A DNA stretch of 64,000 nucleotides from Azolla caroliniana. Lineage: Eukaryota > Plantae > Polypodiophyta. How positions within the stretch are numbered: the stretch's first letter is position 1; the number at the start of each line of letters is the position of its first letter. The position numbers and the translations under genes were made by a program. The DNA is taken from positions 7,316,001-7,380,000 of the forward strand of contig JBHGNT010000002.1 of NCBI GenBank assembly GCA_043228905.1, given 5' to 3'. The notes beneath the pieces were generated by a model that searched no databases, was not told the DNA's origin, and saw only the letters and a list, made by a program, of their open reading frames with translations. Below, piece after piece: positions 1 to 12,420 of the stretch.

Positions 1-83
1 TCGTCAAATTCTGCCGACAACGCGGCATCCGACGTGAATTTACGGCACCACACAGTCCGGAGCAAAACGGGATTGCAGAACGC

Positions 84-2312
84 ATGAATCGGACAATCCA
101 AGAACGGATAGTTTCCATGCTCCAACACTCCGGACTGTTGGATGGCTTCTGGGCAGAGGCTGTACTCACGGCAGTACACATAATCAATATGTCGCCAAGC
201 AGACCTCTAGGACTTCAAATTCCTCAGGAACTATGGATCGGCAGTAAGCCGAATTACGACAAGCTGAGGATCTTCGGATGCGAGGCCTACGCCCTTATTC
301 CGAAAGATGATCGCCGAAAACTTGCACTGCGGTCCAGGAAATGCATTTTCCTTGGATATGGATCAGACGGCGAAATGGGATACCGACTCTGGGACCCCGA
401 ACGCAAACAAATCGTTCGAAGTTCGGACGTTGTGTTCAACGAGTCGGCTATGAATCCATCAGTCGAAAAACCGATCGAAGTCCGAAGGGTAACATTTTCC
501 GATGTGCCGACCCTTCAAGAAGGCCCCGCTCTTAACACACGGTCAGCTTCACGGGTAGCTGAACCTTACACCACCGACTCGGACAACTCTGACTCGGCAC
601 AGCAGAATAATTCGCTTTCGGACCATCCGACCTCGATACCCGATGCGACCAGTCCAATCATACCTCGACGATCCGAGAGACTGTCGCAACCTCCGGAGAG
701 GTATTCTCCTGGAATTTTCTTCACCGACGCCGGCGAACCGACGTCTTACGAAGAAGCATCGACATCTGTCGATTCAGCCACCTGGCATCTGGCGATGGAG
801 TCGGAAATGCACTCCATTCGGGCAAACAAGACTTGGGATCTGGTCGAACTACCAAAGAATCGACGTGCTCTTCCTTGCAAGTGGGTTTATCGACTAAAAG
901 AGACGTCTGATTCGACCACCCCAAAGTACAAGGCCAGATTAGTTGCGAAGGGCTTCCGACAAGAATATGGCGTCGACTTCGACGAGATTTTTTCACCAGT
1001 GGTGAAAATGACAACCCTTCGTTTTCTACTCGGCGTAGTGGCAGCCGACAACTTGGAGCTGATTCAGCTAGATGTCAAAACAACCTTCCTCCATGGTGAT
1101 CGTGAAGAGGAAATTTATATGGAACAGCCAAAAGGCTTCGTGGCAACTGGCCAAGAACATCTAGTCTGCCGACTCAGGAAGAGTCTATACGGCCTCAAAC
1201 AGGCACCGCGACAATGGTACAAGAAGTTCGACGACTTCATCCAATCGATCGGCTTCTCCAAAAGCGATGAGGACCATTGTCTTTTCACCAACACAGCTCA
1301 AGATGGATCACCCATCTTCCTCATCATTTACGTGGATGACATGCTAATTTCTAGACGCCATGCGGGCGAACTTGCCGATCTCATTCGGCAATTGCGGTTG
1401 AAGTTTGCCATGAAGGACCTCGGTCCGGCACGACACACACTTGGCATGAAGATTAGTCGGCATCGCGATAAACGACATCTTTTCTTGTCTCAGACCGACT
1501 ATATCGGACGTGTCTTGGAACGCTTCAACATGCAATCAGCCAAATCTGCTTCAACCCCGCTCCCCATGAATCTTCGGCTCTCTCAGCGAGACTGCCCGAC
1601 ATCCGGTCCGGAGGGGGAAGATATGAAGTCGGTACCGTATGCACCGGCAGTTGGCTCCCTTATGTACTTGATGGTCGCGACACGGCCTGATATCTCTCAT
1701 GCCGTAGGAGTCGTTAGCAGATTTATGCACAATCCTGGCCGATCACATTGGAACGCAGTCAAGCATGTGTTCAAATATCTGGCTGGCACAAAAGATCACG
1801 ACATTCTTTTCGGTCCGAACTCAACCTCAGGCGTAGTCGGTTACACTGACTCGGACTTCGCCGGCTGTATAGACAGTCGGAAATCAACAACCGGATACTG
1901 CTTCAAATTCGGCAATGGAGCAATTTCGTGGAAGTCGAAACTTCAGGAGTGCACAGCGACCTCAACGACCGAAGCAGAATATGTAGCTGCGTCCGACGCT
2001 GCAAAAGAAGCTTTGTGGCTCGGCCGGCTGGCGCACACGTTTCGGCAAGTCGACCACGACTCGGCTCCAGTTGTCTATAGCGACAGTCAAGGTGTTGTTG
2101 CCTTGTCGAGAAATCCGGTTCACCACAACGCCTCCAAACATATCGACGTTCGATATCACTTCGTTCGGGACTGCGTCATTTCAGGGAAAATCGGTCTAGA
2201 GAAAATATCCACAACCGACAATGTCGCAGATGGAATGACCAAGTGTCTTTCGGCAGACCGCTTTCGGTCCCTTCGGCATCAGATGGGCGTAACGACAAAC
2301 CAGTCCGGTTAG
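84..2312 (+). CDS. copia Pol polyprotein (5'-partial; the frame begins before the window)
   Basis: Open 742 aa with motifs FWAEAV, CIFLGY, YKARLVAKGF, LYGLKQAPRQW, YVDD, YTDSDFAG, TEAEY, KHIDVRYHF and ADGMTK. Confidence 0.95.
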   Translation: MNRTIQERIVSMLQHSGLLDGFWAEAVLTAVHIINMSPSRPLGLQIPQELWIGSKPNYDKLRIFGCEAYALIPKDDRRKLALRSRKCIFLGYGSDGEMGYRLWDPERKQIVRSSDVVFNESAMNPSVEKPIEVRRVTFSDVPTLQEGPALNTRSASRVAEPYTTDSDNSDSAQQNNSLSDHPTSIPDATSPIIPRRSERLSQPPERYSPGIFFTDAGEPTSYEEASTSVDSATWHLAMESEMHSIRANKTWDLVELPKNRRALPCKWVYRLKETSDSTTPKYKARLVAKGFRQEYGVDFDEIFSPVVKMTTLRFLLGVVAADNLELIQLDVKTTFLHGDREEEIYMEQPKGFVATGQEHLVCRLRKSLYGLKQAPRQWYKKFDDFIQSIGFSKSDEDHCLFTNTAQDGSPIFLIIYVDDMLISRRHAGELADLIRQLRLKFAMKDLGPARHTLGMKISRHRDKRHLFLSQTDYIGRVLERFNMQSAKSASTPLPMNLRLSQRDCPTSGPEGEDMKSVPYAPAVGSLMYLMVATRPDISHAVGVVSRFMHNPGRSHWNAVKHVFKYLAGTKDHDILFGPNSTSGVVGYTDSDFAGCIDSRKSTTGYCFKFGNGAISWKSKLQECTATSTTEAEYVAASDAAKEALWLGRLAHTFRQVDHDSAPVVYSDSQGVVALSRNPVHHNASKHIDVRYHFVRDCVISGKIGLEKISTTDNVADGMTKCLSADRFRSLRHQMGVTTNQSG

Positions 2313-2505
2313 AGCCGGACACAGCGCAGGATGGTTTCAGACAACCGACATCAGTTACCTAATGATCGGCTTCAACTCTTCCGACCCGACCAGTCCGGTC
2401 TTCTGCCTTCAGACCCTGCCGACTCGAACAAAACTGATATGTTCGAGAACCTAGGTTTACACCTGTAATCTTAGACAACCCATGTATACGCCCATTACGG
2501 GGGAG

Positions 2506-2797
2506 TGTCGAATACAAGTGTATAATGGACGTATTCACACTATCCCTTTGTATAGATCAAGTTTGGGCCATTTGTGTAATTAGCATAAATGGTAGTTGCC
2601 CTAAGTCGGTCACTATATATATTGACCTTGTAACCTTTTTGTAAGGTTGGTTGTATTATACTTTTCTATTGAATAGAAAGTCATTTTTTGTGTGTGTGTG
2701 TGTCTCTCTCTCTCTCTGTCTCTGTGCACGATCTTGCAAACTGTCATACGCAGGTACTCAACCCTAATCGAATGCTTCTTGATCTTCCGCATCGACA
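2506..2797 (+). repeat. copia 3' LTR (292 bp)
   Basis: TG...CA ends with a 6-bp terminal inverted repeat, directly after the PPT; contains a TATA-like TATATAT and TG/TC microsatellites. Confidence 0.8.
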
Positions 2798-3158
2798 CGG
2801 CCTTGTCTCCAACACTTCTACCGCGCATCCTTGCATCGGAATGTCATCTAGGAATGGCATCGTTATCTCCGGAATGCAATCTCGAAGCACCTTGTTCATC
2901 ACGTTCATCATATGTGCAACCGAGTTTGTCGTTCCTTGTGGTAGTGTGCACATTCAGACTAATCTCATCGGTGTCTGCATGGTAGTGATGCCTCGGCTCT
3001 CTACGACTAGTTGGAATTGGTCATACCCCGAGTATAGGTCTCCGATGGAGTATATCGCACGACCGGAAAATGCTTCCGAAAATTCGTCCACTATCGGACC
3101 GACTCTGCAGTTCCGGATCGTGACCTTGTTCACCGTTTGCAAGTCTTGGATAAATCGG
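2798..3158 (-). pseudogene. Ty3/gypsy reverse transcriptase fragment (same lineage as the element at 25462-43652)
   Basis: RFIQDLQTVNKVTIRN...DLYSGYDQFQL...CTLPQGTTNS...PFLDD with an internal stop; cut by the copia LTR at 2797. Confidence 0.85.
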
Positions 3159-3159
3159 G

Positions 3160-3483
3160 GCGGCGATGGGCCCGACACGGAGACCCTACTCACGCACACA
3201 AACGGAACACACTGGACCCAGAGAAACGCAGAAGGAAAAGCCTCTGCTGGCAGTGCACGAGCTACCCACGAAGTAGAGGCGTCGAACTCCCCGCACCCAC
3301 AGAGAATGACGGTCGGAGGAGGAGAGAGAGTTCGGCCCTCGGTCCTGCAACTCTTCGTCCTCCTTAACGCGCGATATCCCCTCTTTTCCTTCTCTCCTCT
3401 CCTTAAATAGTTCCCAAAAAGGGGTGCCCCTTTCCCTAGTCAAATCGCTTTATTCCCTGTCCCTTTTGACAGAGATACGCACA
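3160..3483 (-). repeat. probable LTR fragment
   Basis: On the minus strand a purine tract (TAGGGGGAAT, 3484-3493) precedes TGTGCG...; TATA-like TATTTAA inside; far end not clearly defined. Confidence 0.35.
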
Positions 3484-3599
3484 ATTCCCCCTAATAAATG
3501 TGCACTACTTAGTATTTACATCAGTTGATCCATTTATGAATCAATATCAAAACATCAATTCATGCATCCATCTGTGTAAGAGCTGGTTCATGCGCCTTT

Positions 3600-4515
3600 T
3601 TGCCCGAATCCGCCTATGGCCGGTTTTCTTCACGACAACGTCGTGACCAAGTACGAACTTGGACAAAGGCAAAGGTAAGATGCTCGAATACGAAGTCGAC
3701 CACCCCGACGACAATGATTCGGATGGATCGGCTCCCTCACTAGACGGTGAGTTTGGTATACCCATCATGCGTACACCCAGAGTAAAGAAGGCGCTCACAT
3801 CGGCGAGCGAAAAACTTTGACGCTCTTCTAGAGAGAAGAATCCCGTCACTCGGCTCGGCTACAACGAGTATATGTCACATCATTACGGCTTCGCGACGAA
3901 GGTAGCGGCCAAACAAGAGCCCAAGAGCTCCACTGAAGCAACTTGTATCCCACGATGGGTGGAAGTAGTCGACCTTCACTCACACGCTACAAGCCTTCGT
4001 CATTGGCTTGAGGGGGAGGACTCGAGATTGCCACGACGAACAAAGCCGAAGGCCGGATGGAAGCCGGATAGAAGTCGACATCGAAAGTCGGACAACGTTG
4101 AAAACAACGCCGGATGTCGGACGCCTCACACTTGAGCTTGAGGGGGCGTGTTGAGAGATCAAGCTCAACTTAGTTTAGTTAGTTAGTCAACACATGTAAC
4201 TTAGTAGTTACCTAGATAGAATCTAGTTAGTGTGTTGACCATAAAGCCTTAAATAGGATTTTGTACTCGAGTGGGATATATTGTAGATCCACCACTCCAT
4301 GCTCATTTAATATAGGGCTTACACATTGTACCTATATTCTCCTAGCACATGTGCACCCTTGCACATGAAACCTATATATACCTCATTGAAGGTATTTTTG
4401 TATTTGATGATGTTTTATAATATACACTCTAGTTTACTCATCCCCCATCTTGTGTTATTCATAAGTCTCTCTCTCCCTCTCTCTTCCTCTCACACACATA
4501 CACACACATATCACA
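3600..4515 (+). mobile_element. internally deleted copia remnant with 3' LTR (4149-4515)
   Basis: YNEYMSHHY...EPKS..EA (INT-RT linker) is homologous to the 51214-51636 ORF. The RT body is missing. PPT GAGGGGGCG then LTR TGTTG...TCACA, the same termini as the LTR at 49027-49464. Confidence 0.7.
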
Positions 4516-5148
4516 TAATCTTCCGCTTATTAACTTATCACATAATTAGGTATTAATTAACTCTTAATTACTTACCTAATTCTTAACACCAATCTACCAA
4601 ACCATTTTTCCATGTCTTGCATCCAACTGGAACACAAAATCATTTAACAAACATTTTGGATATTTTTGTTTGCTTCCCATGCAATTCTAGGAAGTCGATG
4701 TGAGGGACTTTTTTGAACCTTAAGCATGTATTCAAGAACCCTTTCCATAGCCATGATCTCAATGGGCAGTGATATTGTATCAAGGAGGAGGTGTTTGTAT
4801 AGCATTTGTTTCTTAACTTGTAGAAACTTTGTAAGAAAATGTTTTTGGACATTTTGAAACTCTTTCCAAGTAGATTTAGGGATATTACCACCCTATAGAA
4901 AAGCAACGGTGTCACTGAAGTGTCGATAAGGTATTTCTCGAGGACCCAACACTTAATATCTCCATGATTGCATGTGTTTTCAAATACATAATATGTTGTT
5001 TCCCTCTTCTAACCTGCATGTAGGACATTCATTCCATCTATGATTTGAAGGAACTTCGAGACCAAGATATTTGAAGCTTTCCATACATTCAAGTGACGCA
5101 TTATTGTACATAATGCATGGTTTATCATTGTTTTGGTTCTTCACGCTT

Positions 5149-8100
5149 GTGACTAACTACTACCAAAAATTAAAGAGGGCAAGTGAGGGAATCATGGGCG
5201 CGGATGGTGCAGGTCGCACCGTTGATGGTGTGTGCGATCTCCACCGTCCAATGTGGATAAAAAGCTAACAGCGACTGTCACTAGGAGCCTGACTCTGTCA
5301 CAAGGAGCCCCGCTGTCTGACAACCTCTGCCACGAGGAGCTCAACCAACTTTGGGTAGGAGCCCGACTCTCAAAAAAATTAAACTAATAAAGAATAAAAC
5401 AATCATATATAAAACAAGAGTGAATAGGGTTGTGGTTGTGGTTTTGTCTAAGATATGTTAGGTCTATGGTTCAAATCCTTTTCTTCTTTGAATTCTTTCT
5501 TTTTGGTTTTCTTCTTCTTTGATTTCTTTCTTTTTTAGGGTTTCGACATTTGGTTTAGGGTATGTAGTCACTTTACACTTCATTTACATTTAAGGGGTCG
5601 TAATAGTGGTATTTAATTCAACACCTTAATTACTAAATGTGTTCATGGTGCCGTAATAGTCTAAAAGGTGTAAAATTGTCATCATCAAACACTTAACCAT
5701 ATTGTTGGTTGTACCTTTGTGCCCAACTTTCAAGAGCTCATTTGCCAAATAAAAATAGAATGGCAAGCACCACTACGTCTCCCTAGATGGCCACTTAGCT
5801 TCCACAATTATTATATGATAGTTTCGCATCTACAAGTTACAACATGATGAATTCTCGTCTTTTGCAATTGTAGATCTTTTACCCTATGATCCTTCTAATC
5901 CGCATCGAGCCCTTAACACTTTTGTTCAAGTAAAGTTAGCTCTTACCATTTGGGCTATGTTTGATTGTCACTTTAATATGCAACTCACTCATGTTCCAAG
6001 TAAAGTTAACTCTCATAATTTGGGCTTTTTCTTTATTATTTGACGTTATACCATGGGATACTCTACCTATGGATCATGAGCAAACATAAGAAGATATGAC
6101 TCCACCAATAGTTACCGACACTATTACCACCACCATGTCAGAAATGAACCTCAAAAGTTATATAGCTTTTAACTTCCAGCAAAAGGATAAACATGGATAC
6201 AAAATCGAGACCTCGAATACAAACGATGCACTAGACGACCATGATGTATCCTCCAATTGATCTTCCGACATGGCAAAGACACCATGATGCATTGTGCTCT
6301 CCATAGATGGTTGTGGTCGATTACTACAGTGATTGAAGTGAGCGAATACAATGTGATCGAGAATGCTAGTGATTGAGGTGAATGAAGTGAGTGTGAGCGA
6401 TTATGCCAATGAATTCAAATGAATGCCAATGATTGAAGTTCAAATGAATTCCATGTGATCGATAATGCACATGAATGAAATAGATGATTTTAGTTTCTTC
6501 AATGATTTAGTTCGAGAATAATTTCAACACTTTGAGAACGATTTCAACTCTTAGTGAATGATTGAGAATGCCAGCTGTTCATGAATGATTTCTGTGGTTT
6601 GATTAATCACTACGATGAATGAAATCAGTGCGAGTGATTAATAGACTGTGAATGAAGTGAATGATTTCAACTCTTAGTGAATGAGTTCACCTCTTAGTGC
6701 ATGCTAGTGACTTTGGTGAATCAATTTAGTGTGATCGTTAGTATGATCGTTGCAACGCCATCATTTCACGTAGTTGGGCACCTGCCTATTAATGAGTCGG
6801 GCTCCCTTCTTTGATATGAGTTAGACTCCTCATTAATGAGTCGGGCTCCCTCTTTTGATATGAGCCGGGCTCCTCATTGGAAAAGTTGGAATGTTGAAAT
6901 CAATTAAGCTTCCAAGTGATATATACCATTAATTGATTTTTGAGGATTTCGAACATAATCTTCAACTCCGCATATAACATTATTGTAGATTACTTTGTGT
7001 ACCTTAGTGCAGTGTTCACATAGTTTATCTTCTTCATTATTGACTTACTAGGGTGTATGCAACCAAGAAGACCCCCAACCAAGAAACAAGCTTTTACTAA
7101 AGCATTGCATACACAATTTATATAGTTATGAATCTAAAAGCTTAAAAAATAGAAGGCTTAATCCATTATCTCAAACTTATCAAGTCATGGCATTCCACAT
7201 TGAATAAGATTCACATTGAGTCATATACAACCAAAATGAGATTTGTATATTGATTTGAAACTACAAAATTAACCATATTGATATGGCCAAGAATATACAA
7301 AAAAGGTTGGTCGCATTGATTCCAAAATACAAAAACGTTGGCAGCCTTGGTTCTAGAATATACAAAAAAGGTTGGCAACTACATTAGCTAGTACATCAAG
7401 ATCATATATTTGATGTTACAAAGTATAACTCCGAATGATTAAAATAACCCTAAGCCCAAAGTCCTTCATGCCCATTTTACCATGATTTTCCGAAGGTTCA
7501 TATCCATGTTCGAGTCATTCATAGGCTTTTCAGTAAGGATGTTTTCACTATCCATATCGTTGGATTTGGGGCACCTAGCACCCTTTCTTACAAAAACCCT
7601 AAACCATCATTCAAGTTAGCACACAAACATCACTATTTATACACAATATATAGTTCAGAAATGATTCATGCCATACCTCCCTTCATAGGGTATTGTTTGA
7701 CCCCAATCCACATCAAAGTCTATGAAGGTCTTGGACAGACTAGCCATCTGTACAAACCATGTGCCATTTTCAATAACCACCAAGATGTCCATTGTATTCA
7801 AGTTCAAATTTCACAATCCAAGCACACTAAGAAATTGTCAAATGTATACAACAATTTTTATTGATATAACTAAATAATTGGGAGGAAACAAGTCCATATA
7901 TAATAATATATTAAATATTCAATGGAGAAATGACATGCAAGGTGTCTCCGATAGCATTTTGAATATGGCATATGAGAAGCAAGAAGAAAAAGGGATACAA
8001 TAGAAGCCCATGAAATCAGAGACACCACACAAACATGTTATTCATGGTGATTCAAATATATTGCATATTAAAATGTTTGAAATATATCAAATTTCAAATC

Positions 8101-9253
8101 CTACTTTGATTACAAAGCCTATTGTATGTCTAGAACCATATTTGAGAACCTAGTCCTCTTAATAAGATACTGATGTAGAGTGGAAGACTTCAACCATTTA
8201 GAATATAGCATATGAGAAACAAATGGTTCCATATTCAAACATGATTTCTATATTTTGAAGGATCACGTGGAAGAATTCAAACATTTAGAATATGCAGGCA
8301 CACATACATACATGGTATTCATTGGCTATAATGGCATGTCCTCATGGTGATTATATCTATGCTTACAATGCTTAACTAATCTCTACTACGTAATATTATC
8401 ATTATCGTCATCCAATAGGAAAATAACAAACCTATGATGTGCATCCACATTAGTGTGCTCGAAATAATTGCATTCCTACGTATGTAAACACGAATACGTA
8501 AGTGCTCAAGATAATCGTACCTTGTGTTGTAACTAAGTACGTGAGATAATCAATGCTTGAGCAAACATATTTTGTGTTGCTTTGAGCTTAGTTTTGTTTG
8601 GTGGAAAACAATGAAAATGGGTTGCAAGAAAATACAAAAATGTTATTTCTAATTCAACATTTCTTCATATTGATGGTGAAATTATAACAATGCATTTATA
8701 TGATACATTTGAAAAATGGAACAACTAAGTCTCTCACCATGTTAGAATATGGAACCATGTGATCAAATGTAAATGAAAAGAAACCCTAAACGATGTAAAA
8801 AATAAAAATAACCATGAAAATACATACCTATTATTGCCTTCGTTTTGCAGATCGAATGTAGGTGGTTGGGAAGTGCTCGCTGGTGGAAAGTGGTGCTCCT
8901 CTCTGATTCTTCCCTCCAAATACCCTAAAACTCTCTTTTCAAAATAGATTCAAAATGAGTGATTCAGGGTTTTTATAGTCAGTGCTTATTAATAATGAGC
9001 GGGGCTCCTAGCCCAACTCTTGATTAATGAGCAGGGCTCCTTTTGACAGAGTCAGGCTCCTAGTGATAGAGGTTGTTAGACAGCAGAGCGGGGCTCCTAG
9101 TCGAGCTCCCCAAGAAGTGACGATTTCTTCGTGTGTTTGTTTTTCCCATATCGGACGGTGCAGCTCGCACCTGCCCTCAGTTAAGCGACCTGCATCGTCC
9201 CTCTCCGCAATTCCCTCACTTGCCCTCTTCAATTTTTGGAGGTAGTTAGACAC
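5149..9253. mobile_element. Mutator-like (MULE)/foldback non-autonomous element with ~220-bp inverted termini
   Basis: 5149-5370 (GTGACTAACTAC...GAGGGCAAGTGAGGGAAT...) is the reverse complement of ~9000-9253. Both encode the same spurious peptide NYxQKLKRASEGI on opposite strands. No TSD or transposase seen. Confidence 0.55.
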
Positions 9254-9472
9254 TAAAGAGGAAAGAGAGGGGTATTTTCCGAATTCCATAAAATTAAGGG
9301 AGGGGCAGTTTTTGTGAGTAGTAACGAAATAATAATGACGAGAAGAGGATGAAGCGAGAGAAAGAAAGATTCTGGTGAGAGGGCTTGAGTGTGTTGATCT
9401 CATATGAATTGTTGTCTGCTCCTTCGACGATCTCTCTGCGCTTCTTCACCATTCTTTCGAATCCCCACTCAA

Positions 9473-9544
9473 ATGGCCTCCTCTACCCCAGAATATCAAC
9501 CCAAAACCTGCGGTGAGATCCCCATATTTATATGTGTGCATATA

Positions 9545-9580
<36 letters not shown>

Positions 9581-12420
9581 TGTATGTGCATTTTATTTTT
9601 ACTTTACTTCATTTTCATGTGCATTTTGCCTCAATTTTCTATTTTTGGCAAAGCAGAATCTCAGAGCAGGAAGCTGGTATTTGGTAAGACCCATGTCATC
9701 CAGCCCAAAGGGGAGCATCGTGCAACCATTGTTTGGCTTCATGGCCGTGGAGATGTTGGTGCAAGGTACTTCTATTGGTGCAAGATGCCAAAAGTGCTAT
9801 GTTGGCCACTCCTTTGATTCACTAGTATGCATGATATTTATTGATTGATTTTAGCATTGGAGGGGGTGGATTTAAGGGCTTCGTAATTTGTTTTGCGTGA
9901 TCATTTATAAACATCATATAAAAAAGGGGACTTGAGGGCTGTATAACTATTTGTAAACAGTCTTTGACAAATGTGGGAGAACAGGGTGGTTTAGGGGATT
10001 TGTGAGAGAGTGTCCACTATCTTTCATACGGTCTCTATAAGTTTTCGTTAGTACATGATCTAAAATGTAGTAGGTTTTATACAAATGAGGATTTTAATCT
10101 CTTCCATTTGGAAATGGTATTGGTTCTACAAATGTGCAATGAAAATTAGTAAATTACACAAGAGGATGGTTTAAACACTTCGATTTGTAGAGAGGATGTT
10201 TGTGGTCATAAATGGGGTAGAGATTACAGAAATGTGTGTTTAAACCTCTTCATCCATCTGACATGATGTTGGTTTCAAAAATGGGCTAGAAGTCATGGAA
10301 AGGATGGTTTAAAGCTCTTCCAGTTGAGATGGTATTTGCGTTCATGATTGTGGGAGCATTAACATAAATGAGGGGTTAAAGCTCAACCATTAGAAAATAG
10401 ATTTAGTGTTCATATCATGGTAGAAATAACGTAAATGCAGTTTTTAAAGCCCCTTCATGTAGAAATGATGTTGTTAAATTGTTCACACATGCGTACACAA
10501 ATAAGGGCATAAAGCCCTTCCATTTGGAATCATAATGGTGATAAATGCTTGACAAATATGGTGGAAAGAATAGAAATGAGGGTTTAAATCTCTTCCATTT
10601 GGAAATGATGTTGATATTTAATCTTTCACAATGTGGTAGAAATAATACAAATGCTGATTCAAAGCTGTTATTCCACCGGAAACAATGCTGGCGTTCCAAT
10701 TTTCACAAATATGGTAGAAATTACACAATGATGGTCCAAAGCTGTTATTCCACTGGAAATGACTTTGGCATTCCAGCATTCACAAATTTGTTAGAAATTA
10801 CACCACTGAGGGAAAGCTATTATTTCATTTGGAGATGACATCGTTAATAACAATGTATCCTTTTGCTTTTCTGGCAGTTGGGCAGAAGCTATGGAGGATT
10901 TAATGCCACTCCCAAATGTATACTATTGATTTAATTTCAGATTTGCATACGATTTCATACAAATATAGTATGCAATGCCTATTTTGTAGTCAATGTTATT
11001 GCTGCGTCTATTGCAGATTAAATGGATTATTCCCACTGCACCCATGCAGCCCTTATCTGTCATGGGGGGCTACTCCTGTAATGCATGTAAGTGGCCAAGT
11101 CATTGAGAGATGTGTAAGTTAAAGTTGGCATTCTTAGATCAAAATGGGCTTCCAATATAGTTCTAATGCAGTGGCAAAGCTAGTCTACCTCCTTCATTTT
11201 GACTAAATGATTATAAAATCTTATTTTTCTCAAAAGGGTTTGATGGAGCATCTCGTTTCGAAGATGCACCAGCAGATGTAGAGGGCCTTGATGCTTCAGC
11301 AGCACATGTTGTTGAACTCTTATCCAGAGAATCTGCAAGCAGTGAGTTCAGTGTTTTCTCCCTTTACATTCTATTAAGGGGTTAACTCATGCCACTCTGC
11401 AGTTTCCTTAACAACTTCACCCGAGATGTGGCAGTGGTCCAAATTAACTTGGATACAAAATGCATATTCTGAACTCAGTACAACTCTATTTGTAGTATAA
11501 TGAGTTGCAATGAATGTTATGCGTGATGATCACTTAGGTTTGGAATTGTTTTAGAAGTCTGAAGAGAGGATTCACCATAGGATTTCATTGGTTTTCACAT
11601 GTTAGAAATCTCTCTGAGATTGTTTGTGTGTACAGTAAAGCTCGGAGTTGGAGGATTCAGTCAAGGTGCAGTAACAAGCCTATATACTTCAATATGCTCT
11701 GTGATTGGGAAGTATAGTAATGGCACAGTCTTTCCATGTAAGCTCAGTGTTTGTGTTGCAATCAGTGGTTGGATTCCGAAAGCAAAGTGAGTGGATTTCA
11801 TTCTTTAGTTTTTCAATCTCCTTTTGCATGTCAATTTGTGGAATCTATGGTTTTATTCTTCTCACTTGTTTTTAGACACATAGAAGTCCACCTAGATGAC
11901 AATATTGAGGCCTGGAATCATGCTAAGCAGTTGCCCTTTTTCATTGGTCATGGAACAGGCAAGCCAATTCAACTTAAGGGTGAAATTGATATATAGGGTT
12001 TTTTAATTCAGAGGGGATTTTTTAAACTTGGTAGCAAGTGGGATTGTATTATCGTGTATGCAGTGGTACTTTCCTTTCATATTTAGAGTTGGTGCTGCAG
12101 ATGATGGCATGGTGCAATGTAAGTTCGGAGAGAGGGCAGCTTCTTCTTTGCGATCAATAGGATTTACAGATGTCACATTCAAGACGTACAGGGGGTAATC
12201 TTATAGCTAGGTTTCCTATTCACTATTGATGATAATCTTTCATAGTGAGAACCATTTAACATATTCTTTTGTACATTTGGTTAGTCCACGTAGAGAAGAG
12301 AATTATTATCTCATTCACCCCCATTGCTTGGTCTGGTTCAGAATGGGTCATCATACCTCTCCAACAGAGATGAATGATATCTGCGATTTTTTCAAAGAGA
12401 AGCTGCACTTACAAAGCTAG
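9473..12420 (+). CDS. acyl-protein thioesterase / carboxylesterase (APT1/2-like alpha/beta hydrolase), 9 exons
   Basis: Spliced exons give ATIVWLHG.GD.G, IKWIIPTAP, WFD, GGFSQGA (catalytic Ser), GHGTDD (Asp) and GMGHHT (His). Exons start near 9473, 9657, 10879, 11017, 11237, 11636, 11876, 12101 and 12342; stop TAG ends at 12420. Confidence 0.92.
10075..10840 (+). repeat. degenerate ~65-75 bp minisatellite in the thioesterase intron 2
   Basis: About 11 diverged copies of AAATGAGGGTTTAAA(T/G)CTCTTCCATTTGGAAATGATGTTG. Confidence 0.6.

Larger units (their letters stand above)
1..2797 (+). mobile_element. Ty1/copia LTR retrotransposon, 3' part (end of integrase, RT, RNase H, PPT, 3' LTR)
   Basis: Copia domain order INT-RT-RH. 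PPT-like GGGGGAG at 2499-2505 is followed by an LTR with inverted ends TGTCGA...TCGACA (2506-2797). The element abuts a gypsy RT fragment. Confidence 0.95.

Noticed and set aside
2688-3410. 240-aa plus-strand ORF
   Set aside because: It crosses an LTR, antisense gypsy RT and another LTR-like segment; no coherent protein.
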